From positions 1,922,001-1,986,000 of the forward strand of contig VJWM01000025.1 in the NCBI GenBank assembly GCA_010909165.1: a DNA stretch of 64,000 nt, read 5' to 3'. This stretch comes from Anthoceros angustus. Taxonomy: Eukaryota > Plantae > Anthocerotophyta. Positions 57,024 to 64,000 of the stretch are shown here, in pieces. The translations under genes were made by a program, and so were the position numbers. The notes beneath the pieces are model-generated. The model worked only from the letters and a program-made list of their open reading frames with translations, was not told the origin of the DNA and did no database searches. Positions within the stretch are counted from its first letter, which is position 1. Every line of letters begins with the position of its first letter.

Positions 57024-59406
57024 TTGGTGCAAAATTGAGAGCTCACAGCTTTATTATTCAAACTTTAGTTATATTATATATTACAACCCACTTGCTGACA
57101 TCGAAGGGGTTTCCCGAGTATCGGAAAGTCTTGTGATAATGTCGTACCTGGGGTTTCCCGAGTATCGGAAAGTCTTGTGATAATGGGCAGGTACGACAGA
57201 GGTGCTTGCCAGGCGCTTTGCCTTGTTTTCAGTTGAACATGGTTGCCACATTCATAAGCAGCACAATTCTGTGCTTCTCCTGAACATAAGGAATCCCAGT
57301 TAGTTCAAGGGGAAAAGAGAACATGTAACTTTTCATGATGCACCGGGAACCAGACGTCTGCTGTCAGGCCGCAAGTTGTTGGTCAGTAGCTTGTTTGTGA
57401 GCGCTACGGCCGTCTCCCATACCGAGTCTCCACACACTATACTGGACCAAGTGCAGTTATCACTGGTGTGGGTTTGTCAGGCTCCCTTTCTCTGCCCTGT
57501 GGAGACCAGCACTTTCTTGGTGTGAATTGGCGATGCACCTGATGGAGCCTTCGGTGCAGCTCGGAGTTCTCTTGAACTTTTGGCAGCAGCGACACATCTG
57601 ATTGTTGGCTCCGAAGTCAGATCGGTGTGATCGGGAGGTCAACTGGAATCAAGCCCACAAGCTGACTTAGAAAGCTCGGCAGAAGCTTGGGTACGTGATT
57701 ATACTAATAGCGCATGTGCATTTGTCCCGTCCTTGCTGACTAAAGCAGACGTGTCGGTGCCCATGTCCTGCAAAGTGGTAGAACTTCGAGCGGGCACCAA
57801 GCATATGCAAGCTCTCTTTTAAGACCTCCCTCAGATGTCAGTACCGGCTGGATTCCGAGGCGTTTGTGTGACTACCGTGGAATATGCGTTTGCGAGCGAG
57901 GTAAGTAAGTTATTCCATCCATTCCTTGTCGTGCACGAGGATATCGTGTTGTGACAAGCGATGTAGAATTTGTGATCTCAAGTGGTTCTGCCCGGTCTGT
58001 CCTCTTTGTATCTCCACCCTGACTGTTCTGCCCTGTCTGGTTGATCCCGACATACGTCGTTCCGGTCGTTCTGTAGCTACGTGTCTAGTTTAGGTGTCCT
58101 GCAAAGTGGTAGAACTTCGAGCGGGCACCTGCATCCTGCAGCATGTACATCTCTTCAAGCTTGATCGATGAGGAGACTACTGGAGAGGGTGCCACATGAC
58201 AAGAACAAGGGACTCCATGCTGCTCTTGTCGTCCATGGCATCAAGCAGTTCCTTTTAACATTTGGAACTGGAGGAACATACCTCCACATAGGCGTGACAG
58301 CAAGGTAAAGGACAGACCCAAGTCAAGCAATTTGTCCAACAGTCACGTATGATGCCTCCACGGGTTACCATCCAATCCAACCTAAAAGTAGGCAATCTGC
58401 CAAAGCAGTACTTGATTCCAGACTATCAAACTGAACAGGCTGACAACGAAACTCGCAGTCTCAAGGATGCCTCGTTTCCTCAAGCTGGGCAGAGGTTGCC
58501 TGTGGCCTATGTACAACAACCAGACGAAAGAAGCTAGCCAGTATGTAAGAAGGTTCCCCAACACCTCCGGTTTACAGAAGCAAGAAAGACATGGTTGCGT
58601 GAAGAAGCACGAGTCTACATGGGAGTCCTTGCTCCTTGCCATTTGTCCCGTCCTTGCTGACTAAAGCAGACGTGTCGGTGCCCATGTCCTGCAACGACTT
58701 GGAGGAGAAGCTTGAAACCGGCATGATCATGGTTGCGTGAAGAAGCACGAGTCTACATGGGAGTCCTTGCTGACTAAAGCAGACGTGTCGGTGCCCATGT
58801 CCTGCAACGACTTGGTGCAAAATTGAGAGCTCACAGCTTTATTATTCAAACTTTAGTTATATTATATATTACAACCCACTTGCTGACATCGAAGGGGTTT
58901 CCCGAGTATCGGAAAGTCTTGTGATAATGTCGTACCTGGGGTTTCCCGAGTATCGGAAAGTCTTGTGATAATGGGCAGGTACGACAGAGGTGCTTGCCAG
59001 GCGCTTTGCCTTGTTTTCAGTTGAACATGGTTGCCACATTCATAAGCAGCACAATTCTGTGCTTCTCCTGAACATAAGGAATCCCAGTTAGTTCAAGGGG
59101 AAAAGAGAACATGTAACTTTTCATGATGCACCGGGAACCAGACGTCTGCTGTCAGGCCGCAAGTTGTTGGTCAGTAGCTTGTTTGTGAGCGCTACGGCCG
59201 TCTCCCATACCGAGTCTCCACACACTATACTGGACCAAGTGCAGTTATCACTGGTGTGGGTTTGTCAGGCTCCCTTTCTCTGCCCTGTGGAGACCAGCAC
59301 TTTCTTGGTGTGAATTGGCGATGCACCTGATGGAGCCTTCGGTGCAGCTCGGAGTTCTCTTGAACTTTTGGCAGCAGCGACACATCTGATTGTTGGCTCC
59401 GAAGGG
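57017..59406. repeat. About 600-bp duplicated segment (57017-57618 = 58805-59406) embedded in mosaic sequence
   Basis: Identical text from caacgacttggtgcaaaattgag to tgattgttggctccgaag. Confidence 0.92.
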
Positions 59407-61560
59407 CATATGCATATTAGTAGCAGAATGAAGGCGACATACACAAGATCCTTCGGCCTTGGAGCGGAAAGTCCGGCAAGCGACATGGCGAAGAGCTATG
59501 CGTTACAGCCAAGACAAACCAAGCCTGCAATGGTGTCCTCTGGGTTCAGAATTGCCAACAACAACTGACGGGCCCAACGGCTGTAATTGAACAACACTGC
59601 CGAAAGCAGGAGTTCTTGGTGTGCAGAGCTGCAGTGTTACATGCACAGTTGCGAGCTCCAGATGCACACACTGTTACACGAGATGCAGGAGCGCAGCCAT
59701 ATTTCTACTGCAGATACATGTGGGCATCGTAGCGTGCGCCCCCAGACAGTTGACCAACGTGGGCAGCCCGCGGAGCTTCCAAGCATGAGCAGCAGCGAAG
59801 GACATTGTTGTTGTTGTTTGCAGTTGACATCTGGTGACCCACCAAGCTACTCTGGGATCCCCACCTGGACCCATTCTGCTGCTATGTAGCAGTAGCTACT
59901 ATCCTACTGCCTGGTGCAAGCATGCAATTGCTTCCTGACGGCTCCGAAGTCAGATCGGTGTGATCGGGAGGTCAACTGGAATCAAGCCCACAATGCTACA
60001 TGCCTGGTACTGTGGTACGCTGTCAGCTACTCAAAGCCCACAAGCTGACTTAGAAAGCTCGGCAGAAGCTTGAAACCGGCATGATCATGGTTGCGTGAAG
60101 AAGCACGAGTCTACACATGGGAGTCCTTGCTGACTAAAGCAGACGTGTCGGTGCCCATGTCCTGCAACGACTTGGAGGAGAAGCTTGGGTACGTGATTAT
60201 ACTAATAGCGCATGTGCCATGGGAGTCAAACATTCTCTTCGAAACCGCGGGTCGCAGCACAGATGGCCACCGCATGCAGAGCTGCTTCAAGTGTACGCAT
60301 ATAAGAAACCTTACTGTACTGTTTTGGACACAGATGTGGTGTACATAAATGTGAAAGCTGTCACGAGGAAGGACGTAGTCGACAATCTGCTGGCCAGGCC
60401 TGTTGACTGCTTCGACACTGGTGTGCGTTCGCAAGCAGTATGGCAGAAGAATCGCGAGGCTAGGCTAAGCAAAGCGAAACGAAGCTAAGCAAAGCGAAGC
60501 GAAGCTAAGCAAAGCGAAGAGAAGCTAAGCAAAGCAAAGCCAAGCTAAGCTAAGCAAAGCCAAGCTAAGCTAAGCAAAGCCCAGCTAAGCTAAGCTAAGC
60601 CCAGCTAAGCTCGGCTCAGCTCAGCTAAGCTCGGCTCAGCTAAGGTTGCAGACCCAAGTGGCGTTGGCTTTGCTAGGTTTGTCGTTTCTCCACCCTGGCC
60701 GTTTGGCTATCGGTGCTGCTACGGCATTCGATGTTTGAGGACTATGCCCCTGATTGCGGGCACCAAGCATATGCAAGCTCTCTTTTTAAGACCTCCCCTC
60801 AGATGTCAGTACCGGCTGGATTCCGAGGCGTTTGTGTGACTACCGTGGAATATGCGTTTGCGAGCGAGGTAAGTAAGTTATTCCATCCATTCCTTGTCGT
60901 GCACGAGGATATCGTGTTGTGACAAGCGATGTAGAATTTGTGATCTCAAGTGGTTCTGCCCGGTCTGTCCTCTTTGTATCTCCACCCTGACTGTTCTGCC
61001 CCTGTCTGGTTGATCCCGACATACGTCGTTCCGGTCGTTCTGTAGCTACGTGTCTAGTTTAGGTGTCCTGCAAAGTGGTAGAACTTCGAGCGGGCACCCT
61101 GCATCCCGCAGCATGTACATCTCTTCAAGCTTGATCGATGAGGGAGACTACTGGAGAGGGTGCCACATGACAAGAACAAGGGACTCCATGCTGCTCTTGT
61201 CGTCCATGGCATCAAGCAGTTCCTTTTAACATTTGGAACTGGAGGAACATACCTCCACATAGGCGTGACAGCAAGGTAAAGGACAGACCCAAGTCAAGCA
61301 ATTTGTCCAACAGTCACGTATGATGCCTCCACGGGTTACCATCCAATCCAACCTAAAAGTAGGCAATCTGCCAAAGCAGTACTTGATTCCAGACTATCAA
61401 ACTGAACAGGCTGACAACGAAACTCGCAGTCTCCAAGGATGCCTCGTTTCCTCAAGCTGGGCAGAGGTTGCCTGTGGCCTATGTACAACAACCAGACGAA
61501 AGAAAGCTAGCCAGTATGTAAGAAGGTTCCCCAACACCTCCGGTTTACAGAACTGGTTAC
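57795..61560. repeat. About 780-bp segment duplicated (about 57795-58575 vs about 60762-61550), plus many 20-100 bp fragments shared among 57600-58810 and 59940-61650
   Basis: gggcaccaagcatatgcaagc...cctccggtttacagaa is present twice. Short pieces such as gactaaagcagacgtgtcggtgcccatgtcctgcaa occur four times. Confidence 0.9.
60462..60643. repeat. Degenerate pentanucleotide satellite (GCNAA / GCTAA / GCTCR)
   Basis: gctaagcaaagcgaa..gctaagctaagc..gctcggctcagctaag; 5-bp periodicity over about 180 bp. Confidence 0.9.
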
Positions 61561-64000
61561 ACAAGAGAAGTTGGTGCGACCATATGGCCTGCATGTGCAT
61601 TTGTCCAGTCTTTGCTCCCTTGCCATTTGTCCCGTCCTTGCTCCCCTGCCAGCATCCTGTAGAGGGCACCGACCACCCTGATTTCCACACCTGGACATTG
61701 CAGGCCAACCAAGCAGGTACCACGAACCGCCAGGTTACCCACGTAATACAGGAGGGCACGATTGGCATTGTCGGACTCGAAGTCGGAGCTGGATGTGTGC
61801 GACCTAGTTGAACCCACTGGCTGCTAATAGAAGGAGGCATGCTTGGCATGCTGTTGAGGTGTATTCACTGGATCTGTCTGTGATTGTTGTGAGAGCTTGC
61901 CGGTTTTGTGAGAGGACAGGAAAACAAAGATGCTGTGAAGTCGGAAAAGTTGAAGATCGGTGGACTGAGAGAAGCAGAGCTCATGGAAGATGCCACTGCT
62001 GCACTGCTGGAGGCTGGGCCAGTGGGCTGTTGTGAGTTTGAAGACGCGGCGAAGGGACGTGAAGGGCAAAAGACAAGATGTTAAGAGGTGAGCATCTCAA
62101 GATGTGAAAGCGCGTGGTGCAGCGGGTAGTTTGGGCGGCTAGTCCTCGCAGCGATGTTGGTCAGCACATTATGAATCCACCCAAGGGCTGAGGGCCCACT
62201 CTGGACCCTATAAGGCTGCAGACTGTGGCGTGTAGTGAGAATTAGCATGATAAATTTTGGGATTGGGCTCGCTTGTCTCCCATCCAAGCAACCGACGCAC
62301 AGGCCAGGGCCCACGACAAATATTCCACCCAAGTGCCTCAAGACAAGTTTACAACAATTCCTCTGCTGCTCGTCAATTTCAAGAGGAGCGCGGCACTAGG
62401 AGGCTGCCACTCGGCGTGCATTTTTCCAACACCTGGGTCCACCATTGCCTCACCAGGATACTCTATGTTGCCGCTTTGACCCCCTCGACTGACAGTTTTG
62501 AAATCGGGGAACAGTCTCCACAACCAAACAATTGCGAATGCGGACCTTGAAGACTGCTGCATTTCCTTGTCTCTTCCCTGTGTGACTGACATGATCAATC
62601 CACGTCCAGACTCGGATATAGTCTAGCACCAAGTAAGAACCCATGAGACGTTGCACCAACGACAACCTTCTGGATATAGAAAGGGTAGAGAACTGCTCAC
62701 CCATTGAAGATATGTACATGGCCCTACGCTATCCTGGAGATGAAGGCAACGAGGTCAAACTACTTCGAAGACAAACGGCAAGTGAAAACCGGCCTTGTCT
62801 AGAGCCTTTCTACAAACAGGAACAACTGAGACGTGTGGATCATCTCAAGCCCGTAAAACCCCCGAGGACCCTTCCTCCTCACAGGAGAAACCGCCATGGC
62901 CAGCAGCATCTACCTTCGTCTTGTGGGATAAGCAACCCCAAGATCCCCCTGCTACGCATCAGATTCACCAGGGCATATCCATGAACGTGACGTATCCATT
63001 GGACTGGTCTGCACAATCGGAAACAGCTCCGAAGCTGTGGGTCAGCGCAGCAAGAGGGAGGGGTTTCATGCAGAGATGCCCACCAGAAACACCAGAAACA
63101 AGCAAGTAAAGTTGGTGACAACGGGAGAGAGCACGCGCGTACGCTCTCATGCTCCTTACACAAGAGCATTCGGACGTGCTCTCTCTCGTCGTCACCCACC
63201 TTTTTGCTGAGCAAACATGGCACAAAGCAACAAAGTCCGATCCAAAACGGCAAACCCCCAGCAGGATATGATCCACCACCCGATTCTCTCTCAGCAGACC
63301 TGCGCAAGCAACAGTGTGTTGAAGGTTAGAAGCCTGCAGGTAAACAAGTTCGCAGAAGAGTGAACAACACACAAAAGAACGAAGAAGGCAAACGAGGAGG
63401 TGAACAGCAACAAGCTCATTCGGTCCCACATTCCCCTGATTAACACAAATTGACAAGAACAAGGCAAGAGAATATATGCAATTGCAGATCTGGCTTGCCA
63501 CTAGTTGACTTCCAAGTGAGAGAACGGAGTGAGCAAGGAAGCGCTACTACACCATCTCCACATAGTCATGAGATTCCTACAACCTTTGCCAGCTAGGAAA
63601 AACAGTAGAGGTGCACAGTGAGGACTACATGCTTCGTTGCAAAGGTGAGTAATGTGGGTGAGGTGTATTCATAGATTAACGAGCATTCCAAGCTTTCCTA
63701 CAAGCCTGCGGTACAACCTAGCACTGAGGTAACTCTGGCCTATACCCTCTTCTGAGGCTTTACTTAAGGGCAAAAGTATGCGGCAAGCAGCGCACAACTG
63801 TATGCGGTGCTGCAGAAAGGCGATACAGCCCAAAAGGTATGGTATCACTGCCAATGTGTGGTGACAAGCACAGACGGGCTAACCAGTTAGCCCTCTCCAC
63901 AGTTGGTATGGGCACGGCTGCGGCCGCGTGCAGGACAGGCTCCCAGATAAAAGTCATGGTCAGTGGCCACAGTGAGTCAGCCTTCCAAAGCACTAGCTAG

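Noticed and set aside
56777-57200. CRISPR-like arrays (23-bp x3; 36-bp x2)
   Set aside because: There are no unique spacers (0 and 7 bp gaps), no cas genes, and the context is eukaryotic.
1-64000. Assignment to Selaginella on the basis of compact genes and PPR expansion
   Set aside because: Selaginella is reported to lack U-to-C editing and DYW:KP factors. GRP-type domains point to hornworts, or less likely ferns or other lycophytes.
61650-64000. Short ORFs at the right end (for example 62643-62984, 62965-63501, 63760-63993)
   Set aside because: No recognisable domains or consistent splice structure; cannot be supported as genes or TEs from sequence alone.

Overview
Gene-dense nuclear DNA from a non-seed land plant, most likely a hornwort. 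This is an inference from short introns, GC-rich exons and GRP-ending DYW:KP editing factors. Contents in order: a PLS-PPR gene running off the left edge; two tandem class-C (miR160-type) ARF genes separated by a locally rearranged promoter region; an SLC4/anion-exchanger-type transporter with a possible plastid transit peptide; RPL22 head-to-head with an apparently intronless ULP1/ESD4-type SUMO protease; an AT-rich island with a duplicated, divergent TDY-MAPK-like kinase; a receptor-like pseudokinase with ricin-B plus DUF642-like ectodomain; MPP10; a 16-kb tandem cluster of PLS-PPR-E-DYW:KP(GRP) genes; a CACTA-like remnant; tRNA-Asp(GTC); and a scrambled mosaic region. The most striking signal is that all five PPR N-termini visible here carry one or two copies of the WWDNR..K....PDF motif, which I recognise as the ssDNA-binding PDF motif of plant organellar OSB proteins. 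Here it is fused to putative U-to-C editing factors. Many local duplications join at 7-11 bp microhomologies, and many copies carry homopolymer indels. Frameshifts and copy numbers may therefore partly reflect assembly error.
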